Positions 11,281-24,009 of a stretch of DNA of 64,000 nucleotides are shown piece by piece. Within the stretch, counting starts at the first letter, position 1. Each line of letters opens with the position of its first letter. The translations under genes were made by a program, and so were the position numbers. The stretch lies in contig NMRA01000054.1 in assembly GCA_002633005.1 (NCBI GenBank), forward strand, positions 190,952 to 254,951, given 5' to 3'. This DNA comes from Phoronis australis (taxonomy: Eukaryota > Animalia > Phoronida). The notes beneath the pieces were generated by a model. The model was not told the DNA's origin, did not search any database, and worked only from the letters and a program-made list of their open reading frames with translations.

Positions 11281-12200
11281 TGACCGGGACAGAGAGAAGC
11301 AAGCCGCAGTAATGGATGCTCGAGTACAGGTCGGGTCGCTAGCCAATAACGTCGGTTCTTGCCTGACGGCAACACGCTCCGGGCTTGAGGTACCAGCAGT
11401 GACTGTAAAAACAACAATAACCAACAGCAGATTTTGTTCGACAAAAGGGAGGGAGCGTGGGAAAGGTATAAATCGGTTGACTTGAGATTTTGTGGTACCC
11501 AGGGTAGGGAGGGTGGGAAAGGTATAAAATTGTTTAATTAGGAAAACTTACGAGTGAATGTACTGTTGCTTGAGGCTGGGCCAACATGAAGCTGGAGAGA
11601 AAGACAAACAGCGCTACCATCGGACTTGATAGGAACTAACTTGGAGTTGGATATGAAGCATGAAGGACTGTATAATTGTATTTGCCCAAATAATAGGATT
11701 TATGTCAGAGTGCCATAAATCTCATTATTTAGTGAGGTATCTTTAAACGATTGTTCATAGCTCCCACACGTATTTGAGACTCTCGAAAACTCAACCTGAT
11801 CAAAATGTAGAAGGGGTTCTCGAGGCTTTCAAAAAGGTGCTTGATATCTTTCTTTCAAAAGTTGAAAAAGAGGTTGCAAAATTGTTTTCTATCGGAACGG
11901 AAAATGTTCTGTCAACTTTATTGTCTCATTTAATCTTGTTGATGAAGGTAACAAAACACATAATTAACACTCCTCACTTGTTCAATACGTCAGAATGGAC
12001 TGTGCGGATTAAGTTTTAAATGTGGCTATGCTTTGTGATGGTGTGTGGGTGGAGAAAGAGTAATTAAAGTCATCGATGATTTTCTAGTGAGACTACAATA
12101 CTTGAATGCAACCTTTCATAAACAAAGTTTGTTTTTCTGTTGTTTAGCGTTGGTTTGCCTGTGTATCTAGTTGCCCATCTTTAGAAGTCTTTTTTTTCAG

Positions 12201-12331
12201 CACAAAGGTTCAGGAAAAATTAAGATCGTCTATTGCCCAACGTGCAACGAGTGTTGTCTGCTCATGAACGACGCTACTACCAATAAGAAATTAATTCGCC
12301 ACGCCGTTCCTTCAACATTCGAACTTTTTAC
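12201..12331 (+). CDS. Gene 2 exon 3 (RanBD/PH-like domain, middle)
   Basis: Acceptor tttttttcag|CAC (phase 0), donor AC|GTAAGA (phase 2). Encodes HKGSGKIKIVYCPTCNECCLLMNDATTNKKLIRHAVPSTFELF. Confidence 0.8.
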
Positions 12332-12976
12332 GTAAGAAGTTTTAATGACTGCTCTGTATACATTTCCAATTTTATTCTAAATATCTTAATCAAAGCTGCC
12401 GGCGGTCGTGCATTATGGAAACGTGTCTGTTTCATTCCACATCTATATTAAAGTCCCCCTGCTTTTAAGTCCGGCACACAAATCATCGGCAAGATAAGGA
12501 CCACGGCGTCGAATATTCGGCATTATTGCGCAAAAGAGTGTCGATTAATTACACCTCAGGAATGTCCAAACTGCACAAGCACCAACTGTAGCTATCTGTA
12601 AGTGAAATACTCACCTGATGATTTAAACGACCTCAGCGACAACAGAATGAAAATGTTTGCTCTATATTTTTTCAAAAGGTTTTGTAAACCATTCGTTACC
12701 TAAATTCATCATGCTAAACTGGTTACATACAGTACACGTTCAGAAAAGGCAACTGCTGCCTTAAACATTGGTGCCGTCTCAAACGTTGGAGGCCGTTCAG
12801 TAGAGCTGGTATCATACGAGTGTGCTGAGGCCACGAATTTTTAGGCTGGTCTTCGCCATCCCTTCCAAGTGGGTCGGAGTGTAACTAAACGAATTCCATG
12901 TTGGTTTTCTCTACTGCTCTTCGACAATTACCGACTCGTGCGTTATTTTACGCTGGGAATGTACTTCGTGTTTTAG

Positions 12977-13109
12977 AAAACCGGAAACGTTCATGGTTCA
13001 TTGGACTTCTATGGACTACTGCAATAGGTCGAAACCGAGAAGAAAACATTTTGCCATAGAGTTTAGCTGTTTGACGGACATGAACGACTTTTGTGCGGAG
13101 GTTGCTAAG
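12977..13109 (+). CDS. Gene 2 exon 4 (RanBD/PH-like domain, C-terminal part)
   Basis: Acceptor cttcgtgttttag|A (phase 2), donor AAG|GTAAAA (phase 0). Encodes KPETFMVHWTSMDYCNRSKPRRKHFAIEFSCLTDMNDFCAEVAK. Confidence 0.8.
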
Positions 13110-13278
13110 GTAAAAGTTTAAAATTTAAATAGTTTTTGCTGTCGGCGTCATTACTATTATCCAACAAAACAGGCCTTGCCACCTAGTTAGTGGCATATTT
13201 TGTTAGCGCCAAAAGCTTTGAAAGATACGTTGTGGATTTTTATATTGCCCTCAGTTGACCGAAAGTGAATTGTTGTAA

Positions 13279-13942
13279 AGCCCTGTCACATGAGTTGTAC
13301 GAAGGGTATACGGTATGACAATGAGTTGCACAACCGTCATACGACATTGTAGTATGGTACGATGCTAAAGGCTATCGTAGGACGTCATCTCATCGTTTTG
13401 CACGACACTTTCTAATTTCTTAGTCCGTCGTGCCATGTTCTGAGTCATTTAAAATCCCAAAATTGATAGGAATGTTGTGTGTTGGACTTACAGTAAAGTT
13501 AGGCATACGACAGTCGTACAAGCGTTTCACTAGCTTACGCCTATCCTGCGACTGTCTTACGATAATGTTATGATTAAAAATTGCACGGGTGTAGGAAATG
13601 TGCTGCTATTCTGGCTCTCTTGTCTATATGGACCTTGATAAAACGCTTTGAATAATAGTTGTGGTCGAAGCTCTTGAAATTACAGCAAAACGCGAAATCA
13701 TTTTGGCAGTCATCATTAGAGCTCAAAAGCTGAGGTAGAAAGCGACAAAGCTGGTGGGTAAAGCGGCAAATCATATGATAAGGTTACGATTGTTGTGCAA
13801 CAGGAAATGACGATCGCACGACATCGTTCTTCATTCCAGCAGTTGCAAAAGACTACCCTGACTGACGAAAAAACCGTTGCACGATTTGCCTTCCAAAATT
13901 TCATGGTGTACAGTCGCACAACCGTCGTTCGGCATATGTGAC
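13279..13942. mobile_element. Decayed non-autonomous DNA transposon, possibly PIF/Harbinger-like
   Basis: Left end taa|agccctgtcacat and right ...atgtgac give only a 7-bp inverted match. The interior is rich in cgta/acga/tcgt motifs. Confidence 0.3.
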
Positions 13943-14090
13943 TACAGATATGCTAGTAAATACGACGAAATTACGGCAGTCCCCTCATTTTCTCGTTAGC
14001 ATCGCATGGCTGTCAGGCACTAATTAGTTATAATCAAAACCAGGCCACTTACCTCTGCATAATTGGTCACAATAATGCATCGCTACTCTC

Positions 14091-14428
14091 TAAAGCTATA
14101 TTTCGCATTATTTAGCAGGCTTAAACCGAAAATCGAATTAGGCTTTTACTCTTAGTAATTCGAATTTTTAATATTCTTTACTTTGAAAGAGTTCTATTTC
14201 CGTTATCAACAAGACAAAGACCATTGGCACAAAATAACGATTTAGATTTTATTAGGGTTAAAATTTCTAATTCGAAAATGGTGCATGTAGCCATTGCCTG
14301 TGACTTGACTTGGTATCGGAAATGGAATTCTTTCTCAGTAAGGAATATTATGAGACCGTTTTTATGAGAGTAAAGGTCTAATTTTGTTTTCGTATTTAGC
14401 TAGCTAAAGAGGCCAAAATTTAGCTTTA
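14091..14428. mobile_element. ~340-bp palindromic MITE with (C/T)TAA|AG...CT|TTAA ends (Kolobok-like)
   Basis: 14111-14213 is an imperfect inverted copy of 14310-14408. Termini are taaagcta / tagcttta. Confidence 0.65.
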
Positions 14429-15484
14429 AAGCGTCTCTCTGTGTTTCAGTTTTTAACACAAGTTGTTTGTCCCTTCTTGCCTGTGACAGCGTTCCCAGGA
14501 GCTGTTTCTGATCTTTAGTCAAAAGCCAGTCTACGGATTGCATAGCACGTTTCACAAAATCGGGCTAAGTCTAAAGGTTAGAAAATCTGCCAACAACTCG
14601 AAGCTAAAATGCTGAAATCCGTAGCCTGCTAAGGAGAAGACTAAAAGGCTGAGCCAAAAGCCCAAAAACGTTTAGGTATTTGTAATCAATTATCTGACTT
14701 TTACTAAAGTAGACTATTCGAAAAACAGAAAGCAGGACTATTTTCATCGTTATTTTTGGCTTTATCAGCGCACTGGAGCCAGGTTTGGAGAACGAAAGCG
14801 GAAGACGACACTGTTCTTATGCCGAAGGTTTTCCGCACACCTTTCTATCGAGCACAATTTTGCAATAGTATCTCATTTTTATATTAAGCCTTCAATAGCG
14901 TCGCGGCTTTCACCAGTCCAATTTTCTCTCCGAAAGTGTCATAGTTGACCGGCCGAGCAAAATACCAGAAGAGTCAGAATCTCAATACGTAAAGTCAGCG
15001 ACACATATACGACTCAGGTGCACCGATGGAAGCCATTCATAGCCGGGTTCCAGGCGCAATGACAGAGAATTGGCTCGAGGATCCCTTAGGGGAATTACCT
15101 ACACAAGTTTACAAACAAAAGTCAAAAGCGACAATCAAATTGTTACACTGATGGCACAATACGAAGATTTTCTAATAGACAGGGACAGTTAAGACGGGCA
15201 GTGAATTATTGTTGTGTCAACTTCCCGTACCGCTTACGAAATCATAAAAATACGTACTTCAGGGTCCCCTGTAATACTTTATTTTTTGTTGCCATAAAAA
15301 ACATCAACAAAGTATCGGAGCTTTCCAGCTTTTGCAAAATGTTCCACGTTTTTATCATATCGAATTTTATTTCTTAATTAGTTTTCTTCATTTCGCGTTA
15401 GTTAGTGGTAAGGAATCGCAAATTTAATTTGAAAATCAATGACTCAATAAAAGTGTTTTCAATCTTATCTAATAATTATTTCAG

Positions 15485-15554
15485 AGCAAACTCCAAGTTT
15501 CTCAAGTTAGGAGACCAGTTAGCACAGAAAGCCTTAGGACGAAATTTGACATGG
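15485..15554 (+). CDS. Gene 2 exon 5
   Basis: Acceptor ttatttcag|AGC (phase 0), donor ATGG|GTAAGG (phase 1). Encodes SKLQVSQVRRPVSTESLRTKFDM. Confidence 0.7.
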
Positions 15555-15830
15555 GTAAGGAAAAACTAATCCGTACCAGATCTCCATTATTACAGTTAAC
15601 GGTAAAACAGGATAGGTAAACCAAGGCTAATTCGTACCTTTTAACTGACTAGACGTTTACGGAAAAGGTGCAATTAATCAATTGTATAAATTAGTCAACA
15701 TAATTAAGCAAATGCGTGATCGGGTACGGATTAGCCTTTTTCACTATCCATGCATTATTATTGGTATACCTACAAAGGTGTAATGTCTATTTGATCTGCT
15801 GTCGTTTTACTCTTATTTGTTCCCTTAAAG

Positions 15831-15896
15831 TACAAAGTGAAGGTGGCCATTCCAGTCCAAATCTGTCCGAAACCCAAGCAGCAGAGGAATCAATAA
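15831..15896 (+). CDS. Gene 2 exon 6
   Basis: Acceptor ttatttgttcccttaaag|TA (phase 1), donor ATAA|GTAAGT (phase 1). Encodes VQSEGGHSSPNLSETQAAEESI. Confidence 0.7.
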   Translation, partial: YKVKVAIPVQICPKPKQQRNQ

Positions 15897-17470
15897 GTAA
15901 GTGATGTTACTGCACTCGCGTATAATCACATGTACCGTCGGGAAATTAATATTCATGTCTGATTATTCATGTTGCCTTTTAACTTTTAATTAAGTGAGTG
16001 TTTATTAACTACAATTATTTGAATCCATTTTAATGAAGACTCATTAGTAACCTGACTACGTAAAATATCAGAATGTGGATCTATTCAGGAGTTGTAACCA
16101 GAAACTGTCGTGTTAATTACTTTATCATGCTCGTTGTCATTTCTGGGAATCTCCTGGTCATAAAACAATGATTTTAGATCTTCCGTCAGTCCTCGAATGC
16201 CGTTGTGTCAACCGATGACGTGTACATTTGAGTACGCAAAAACTAACAGCAGTTTTTCGCATTCTAGCGTCTTCCCTCTACACAGCAGCGACGTGATTAG
16301 TTGATACGTGAATAGTCGTACAAGGGCCGTTCGACGCACTAGGCAGTTCGTTGTTAGTTGCTCGTGCAGTACTCGCATAGCGCTAATCTGTCAGACAAAT
16401 GGCGTTTCTAAAAAAGTAACAAACATTATCTTAAGGGATGGTAATACGGTGGTCAATTACTATATTTGTGATCACGACATACCCCTGTCCATTAACCAGG
16501 GCGAAGACTTTACGCGTGCGCCGCAACTCGCTCCACGCACATTGCGTTTGCACTAAACGGGGACAGCTACATTAAATGCATAGATTTTGATGCATTGCGT
16601 ACAATCTTGAATGTGTTGTCTTCAAGCAGATGAAATAAAATCTGGTGATCAGGGTTTAGCCTACTGATCTCTGCACAAACGTTTGTTCATTATCAAGAGT
16701 GATCTTTGGATCTTCAAAAAATATGTTCACTGTCAATCATAAGAGAATGACACGGATAAACAGAAACAGTACAGAACTCAGATAAAATAAAATTAAAAAG
16801 ACAACACTTATATACAAAAAGTGCCTAATTTACCCTTAGATGGTTCCACTCGAGGCAAAACTTGCTGACTGTGCTGTCTAAATACACTTAAAATAGGCAC
16901 TTTTACTTTACTTTTAAAAGGGGATGAAGCCTGCGCAAAGATTTTTCTGATCAAATTTATTCTGACTTTTAAATGCAAAGATACTAATTCTACGGGATGC
17001 GAAGCTCTCTTTCTCTAAGTCCTCCTCTCTCATGGGGGATTATGTGTGTCAATTGCAGTTTTTTATGTTGAAAGTCCCAGGAAGGAGAATGATCCTAAAC
17101 ACAGCCCCTGCATTAATTTATACCTTGCTACGGGCTTGGCATCTGATTCACCATATCCTCAAATCGAAGAGTTGTCCGTCAGTTGCAAAACTTTTGCTTA
17201 ACCTATTGGAAATCTCTCCACTGTACCCTCAAATGTAAATCTTAACATGCACATCTAAAAATGCGGAAAACAAGAAACACGCGGACCGGGCACACAGGGA
17301 TAGAATCGGAATTGATGTCCAACTTTGACCCACACAATAGCGGGCTTAAAGGAAGGATTTGCATTGGCTTCACATGTTTCACGCCACCAACTCGCACACT
17401 TGTGTACACAAGGCTCGCACATCAAACTCAGTAGTCGAGATATTTCGCTCTATGATACGTGTGATTTCAG

Positions 17471-19995
17471 AGACAATAAATAGGATGGGAAGCACCATAG
17501 ATGGACCAGAGGCAAACAGTCAGACGCTTCATAGTATCAATGATTACAAACCGGTCAAACAAAATCTAAGTTCTCTCACTCCTCACCGTCTGCAACAGAA
17601 CAGCGAGGTAGTAACAAATAGCGACGATATTTTGGATGTGCAAATAAAGATTAATACTCCGGGAAAATTATTTACAAGGCATATTACACAGAAACTCATC
17701 AAAGACCGTCTTAACGAAATAGTACCTCGAGAATGCTTGGACTTCTTTGGATTAAAAGACGTTTATCTCGTTGATCATCAGCCCCAAGGTACCAGCAATT
17801 ATACTTCGAAGGTGACACCGACCAAGTCCAGCGTAGGAATACAGCACAACGACTCCTTGCGCAAATTACAAGAAAAAGGAACGGGGATGCAAGCCAAAGT
17901 AACCTCAGATGCTCTCACAAACACAACACCGTATAACACTCGCTGTCTGATGTTCGATGTTGCGACCAGTATTTCAGTAAAAGGAAATACTACCAATACT
18001 TGCACGATTACTGATTTGTGTAAAATGCAAGACGCTGCCACTAGTGTATCTCTCAATAACCATCGTGATGTGAACACCAGTACATTGCCATTTAAAGTTT
18101 TATCATATTCTTGCGGAACGCTCACCGATCACGTTACCATCTTGAATCATACTGACGAAGACAGTCGTTCCATTTCTGGTCAAACAGCACAGCCCATAGT
18201 TCAAGCAGGGGATCCTTTCAGACATTTGGAAAACAATACTGGAGAACAACTCGATTCAAATTGTTCAAAGCATCCCTCTGACTCTGTCACAATCACTCCC
18301 TTATCAAGGATCGGGACATATAGAGAGGAAAATATGAAAAATCCAACCAGTCCAACAGTTTTCGAAAAATTAGGTCATCTTATAAGCGAGCACAGGCAGC
18401 AAGTGAATAAAAGTAACGAGTCTCTCTTAGGCAAACGGTATTCGGTCGTTTATGTTGACGAAAAAGAGAAATCAGTTGTCGAACTAGCTGTTATTGAAAC
18501 TGATCAGCCCATAACTTTCAGTCAGGAGCTTGAACAAAGAATTAAAAAAATGGATCTGGCTCCCCCTGTTGTCACATCAAGGACTTATCAATCCTCTTCA
18601 CTTTGTCGTTCTCCTGAAACTGGCTCTTGCTTAAATAAATTCAATGTAAATGACGCCTATGAACCTGTTTTCAATGGTGGGAACAGTTCTGCAAGATCTG
18701 TTGATAACGACGGCAATAATACTACGACCATGCCATCCTCAATTATGTCGCCTATACAGCACATTAACAGAGAAGAACATAAAACGACTCCTTCCCAAAA
18801 AGCATATGCTTTCAATGAAAATACTGGCCGTGTGATATCGAAACAGAAGAACCGTGTAATTTCTGGAGAAGCAGTTGTCAACACGGAATCACGTTTGACA
18901 AAAAAAGAAAAGCAACGACGTGATTCTGAACTTGCATCCAGTTACTTTGTTGCCCCAGAATTGGAAGATCCCATTACAAGTGAATTGTCAATGACGAACA
19001 AGGCAGTCGCTGGCTCTTGCAAGCTTTCAGACAGTTTATCATTCCGTTCTCGATCAAATATAGAACGCAATTCACCAGAACAAGATTTCGGTTGTTCAAA
19101 AGAAGAACAACATACAACAACAGCGTCTGCTGGAGATACCAGTCACGTTTCTTCTAGCAAACGCAAAACACTTTTGAAATTGAAAAACTCTCGTATCTTA
19201 AAATTTTTTAGCGCGTTTGCTGTAACCGTGAAGAGTAAATGTTTGCGCCCACAAGTCAAAGAATTCCAGGATGTAGTATCTCAACGAATACGACAAGAAA
19301 AGAACATGTCCGAAGATCAAACCCAAAGTCTGGCTACTTCCAATGCCACCAAAAACATAAGTGGCGCTTGGAAAAACGAAGCTGTGAAGAAATTCGAAGA
19401 AAACGTGTCTGGAAATATGATATCGGGTGACAGGACGTCTTCTGTCGTGACTCAGTGCTCTGAAAGCGTTGGTAAAGGATCGCTAGACCAGCTAAATGTG
19501 CGAGATAACGCAGTGAAGCGAAAAAGCGCATCGTCTCCAAGTGCTCATAATCATTATACAACGAAGTCCAGTGTGAAAATGCACAAAGATCAAAAAGAGA
19601 AAGTGAAAGGAGAACGTAAACTTTCTGATCCCAATGCTGCATTTGGTACAAATCGTCATAAATTGCGCAAGTCTGGTCCAAAGTCCTATCCTAACCGTCA
19701 CCAAAGAGATAGTTCTGGCATGCCTAACCATACGCGTGGGTCCCTTGTAATGGATGAGAAATTCAAAAATCTGGTTCGTGAAAACTCAAAAAAAGCTGCG
19801 AAGATCAAATCTAGTGATCGTCATAAGATGTCCAAAACTGAATATGATAAACTTAAAGATGTCTTTGAAGGTACAAAGATACCCGCGCCTATTGTAGGTA
19901 CACACAGAAAAGACAAGACGCCTGTTAAAGATCATTTGACAAGCGTCAACGCCGAGAACAAAATGCGCGTACCTTCCATACCAGAGGTGAAATGA
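17471..19995 (+). CDS. Gene 2 terminal exon: long S/T/K-rich disordered region
   Basis: Acceptor gtgtgatttcag|AG (phase 1) is in frame with the 878-aa ORF. Stop TGA at 19993-19995. AATAAA at 20318 and 20405. Confidence 0.8.
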
Positions 19996-21599
19996 AATGG
20001 CATATTTCTATGCGGCATAGAAAATTTTAAGAAATTGAACAAGCAGTTGATAATATTTCACTTTGATCGAAGTGTTTTGTAATTAAAATCAGTATTGAGG
20101 AACCATTTGTTTATCTATACCAAGGTAGGATCGAATTCATGCTGTGACACTGAATGTTCATTACAACGGACAAGTGTTTAAAAACACAAAATTAATTCAT
20201 GAAATGCTGTTGAATTTATGAAATAGAATTGAATTTAAAACTAATAGATTTGATTTTGAGTAATTTTTTTCCGCTACCCATAATCTTGTTCCATAAAAGT
20301 TCTTTTGAAGTAAAAGCAATAAAAATAGAGTTATCATTACCAGATTGCTAAACAAAACAGGAAATAAGATTATTCGACAAAGTTATCTGCAGTCGAAAAT
20401 CACCAATAAAGTTCTGGATTAACCTGATACAAGGCCAATAAAAAGATATAACCGGTGAATTGTCTCAATAGTCTAAATCCCATAATCTGTGACTTATCCA
20501 GAATCTTCATTTTCTGTCATTACAAGATTAATGAGGTGCTTTGTTCTTGCTCCAACTTTGTTATCAGTTTATCTTCTTCTACAGACATAAAGTTTGATTT
20601 CAAAACAACAAGTTCGTAAGATCTCCCAAAAAGATTTGCAATTGTCTCCACGATTATGAGAATTGCGAAATGGCAATCAACATATTGTGTATTTTGTTAA
20701 ACTTAATAGCAAACATTGTTTTTATTCCTCACTTTTGACCTATTACTAAAGGTGATGGTGTAAAATATGGCAACAAACGGTGAGTTGAGCATTTATTTCA
20801 AAACCGAAAAGATTGTTTGTGCTTGAGCTGTAACGTTTTGAGGACTTCGCTAATTAGATACTACACTTATCTTCAAATATTTAAAGTACCGTGATTTACT
20901 TACTGAAACTATTTTATTTTAAACTCCTTGGTGCGTAAAGAAATATCCGGGCGTTTATAGTCACGTGACTATGTTTTTTTAATTTAAAGATCTGTTTCAT
21001 TAAAAGATAATGCCTTGAAGTGGAAATGACGTCGAGAAAAATAGATTTTCTGATAATAGACTCATCGCGCATTCGAACCAGGTACATTCGCGTTCCCAGC
21101 CATAAGATCTGCTGAGGCACAAACTCGCACTATACATGTATATATGACAAAATTCTGTTAGTAGATTTAAGCGGTAAAGTTACCGGTCTTGGTTTTAGCG
21201 AAAGTATGCTAAACAACTGCGAGAATTGGCGATTTGTACTAAAGCTCAACGGATTTTGTGGCTTAAGTATCAGTCCACGGATCCACCGACCACAGTACAG
21301 CCAACAAGCGGCAAGGTGGGGGGTCAACCATTCAGATCCATGTTTAGTCTGATAAATCACGTTAGGGATGAGAGAAAATGAGTGAAGTATGACACTACAA
21401 AGTTTGGTGGTTTAGGAGATACAAGGGAAGTGTTCTGGGGGGCAAAATGAGGCAATTTCTTGGTGTGGAATGAGTCATTTTTTACCAAATTTTCTATTCC
21501 AGTTTCTGCTCCAAACAGAATCGTTTCTGAACAATTTTGATATCACATGATAGGTTCGTGACCAATGTCAGTAAAAACGGCACCGACACTGCAATATCG

Positions 21600-21613
21600 G
21601 TTACCATGGTAAC
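21600..21613. promoter_or_regulatory. Perfect palindromic RFX X-box
   Basis: GTTACCATGGTAAC matches the X-box consensus GTTNCCATGGNAAC. Confidence 0.5.
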
Positions 21614-24009
21614 ACTGGAACTGTTTCCGTGGAGGTACATTTCCGTCTTGTGAAAAACCAGCAGTAAGCTGTACCCTTATAGCGNATCGTCAATGGCAAT
21701 ACATAATGCTAGTAAAAGTTGGGAATCGACAAATTCTTGTGACCACAACTACAGCGCTTAGCGACTGTCACCGACATATCTGGAACCAGTTCTCTTATAC
21801 AGCATGTTGTTTCAATATGAATGTACCTTTCGTTTTTGGGAAATTTTACTAGAAAAACAACGTCACGTGATCTAATTAAAGACAGGTCAATACGAAGTCA
21901 AAAATTAAAGTTTACATTATTTCTGCTTACAAAGTTAATTTCTATAGTGTTGTAGATATTTGGCTAATTGTACAAATTTGTCCATAAGGCTCTACATAAC
22001 CTTAACATCACCTGCTATTTATCGATTGGGAGTTCCGACAGCAGAGAGTTAGGCTGCAACCACGAAGATTCCAAGCTCGATCCGGGATTAAGGTTGATCG
22101 TAGAAAATCACGCCGATATGGCCGTCGCTAGAAAACTGATAATGGAAAATCTCAAATGTATAGAGTGTATGAATTTCAGTGAGGGCATTCGATTTAATAC
22201 TAATTCTATGTTCCAAATTGCTGTAAACAAAAAAATTATTTAAACAATAGGTATTAAAACATCTGTTTGCGCCCACTTTCCTTGTCATTGCCAATGGTTT
22301 CTATGATTGGCAACGTAAGGCGTACAAGACAGCTCTTTCAGTTATCTGTCATGTTTGGCGTCTTCGTTTTGTAAAATTAAGCAGTGTTATGGAATTAATT
22401 TTAACGATGCGGTTACTGAGGTGACGGCATGAATTTCTTGATGAAACAAACTCGAGGCGTTACATGATTTTAAGTCGTTGTTTGATCACTTAACAAACTA
22501 CGACTGTCTGGAGATTTATTGTGTACTTTTGCTCATGGGTTCTTCTAAAATTTCCTTGTCGTAGCGGCTTATCTTGAACTTCCAGGAATGTTTGCACGCT
22601 TAGCCAAATGCCACGACGTTGCATTTCCAATAGACGAAGGTAGTTATATTTGATCTTCTTTACGACAGTATGATGGATGCTGTGTACACAGTAATTGTGT
22701 TTTGATCATAGTAGTATTAAAGTTTTTATTAACCATTTACATGTAATATTAAGAGAGGAAATTTGCAATTTCCGATTCATTGTTATTTGATTTGAGGATA
22801 ATGATAAACTTTATTCACATTTATATTGTACCAGAAGAAGTGAGCGAAAAAGATATTTATTGTGTTTTATGGTCTTCTATACCTGCTTGGTCTGTGAAGT
22901 GATATTATCGGCGAGAAAAGGGCTTTTCGGAGGTCAATCCCAACGCGGAATCGAACTTACAATGTCAGTGGCCGAAGTTTAAGGTCTTGCTAGCCGAGCA
23001 AAACCCTAGTCCATGAAGGGCAGATTATTTTATGTCTATTTAAGTGATAAAGTCACAGGCCTTAATTTCAGCAAATGGCTGGCACACATCGGCGAGAAAT
23101 GATGATCTGAAATAAAATCACAAAAACAACGGATTTTTGTTTTCAATCTCAGACCAAAGGTAATTACTTTAAGAAGTCCGTCCTGTCTTACAACAGTACC
23201 ATTAATCCGCTTTTACCTCTTAAAATTATGTGCTTTTAAATGAGCTGCAAGGGGACCAGGTGCGTAGCTTCATATGAGATTAGAAAATTCAAGATGCATA
23301 GATTGACACGTAAATGTATCCACGTAGGCGTCATTTATTGAAAAAATATTAACGCGTGAACGCGAATCAGACAACACTGAACGGTCCCTTTAAGAACCAA
23401 ATTGAGAAAATCGTAACATCTTGCCACATTTGTCATACCTTCCTCCAGTTTTTAACTCTAAACGTTGTCAAAAGATTTCCTTAAAACATCTAGGAGTTTT
23501 TCGGAATGGACAGAGCATATTTTTCGTTCCAGCCTCCAGCGCTCAGTCAGTTTCGAAGAAGCCAAAGGTACGAGTTCATGACTGTATTGACTTATTTATT
23601 TGGAAAGTCACGTAAGTTGGCTAGCTTGATGGGTGTCGTTACTTTCATATTTGTTGTTTGATTGTTATTTTGTAATTATTCTGTGCACCAAATGAATTAG
23701 CCTAAGTGTCCGATAAGAAGAAAATATAAGAAAACAAGTGCACAGTATGTTAGGATCTGGTTTGCATCAGTGTCGCGAATTCACTACGATCGAAATGACA
23801 CCAGAGCAGTATACGGAAGAGTGTTTCGAAAGCTTTTCTCAAACGGTTTTTTATTAGTTTGTTTCACTGGAGTGTCCTGATGCTCCAACTAGTGATTTAA
23901 CAACTCACGAAAACACTCAGACACGCCATATTGCGCCACACATAGGACACAACAAACAAATAACTACTGATACTAGTTTTGAACATACGCCAACAGCCCC
24001 GTTACTGAG

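Noticed and set aside
11761-11947. Exon-like segment (..EKEVAKLFSIGTEN..LMK|gtaaca) in gene 2 intron 2
   Set aside because: Its acceptor is phase 2 and does not fit the phase-0 donor at 10376. Direct 10376-to-12201 splicing already yields a continuous RanBD-like domain.
4471-19731. Many short antisense or alternate-frame ORFs overlapping the large exons
   Set aside because: Shadow ORFs of the coding strand, with no independent signals.
22929-23010. Minus-strand B-box (GTTCGATTCC), tRNA-like
   Set aside because: A box and cloverleaf are too degraded to call.
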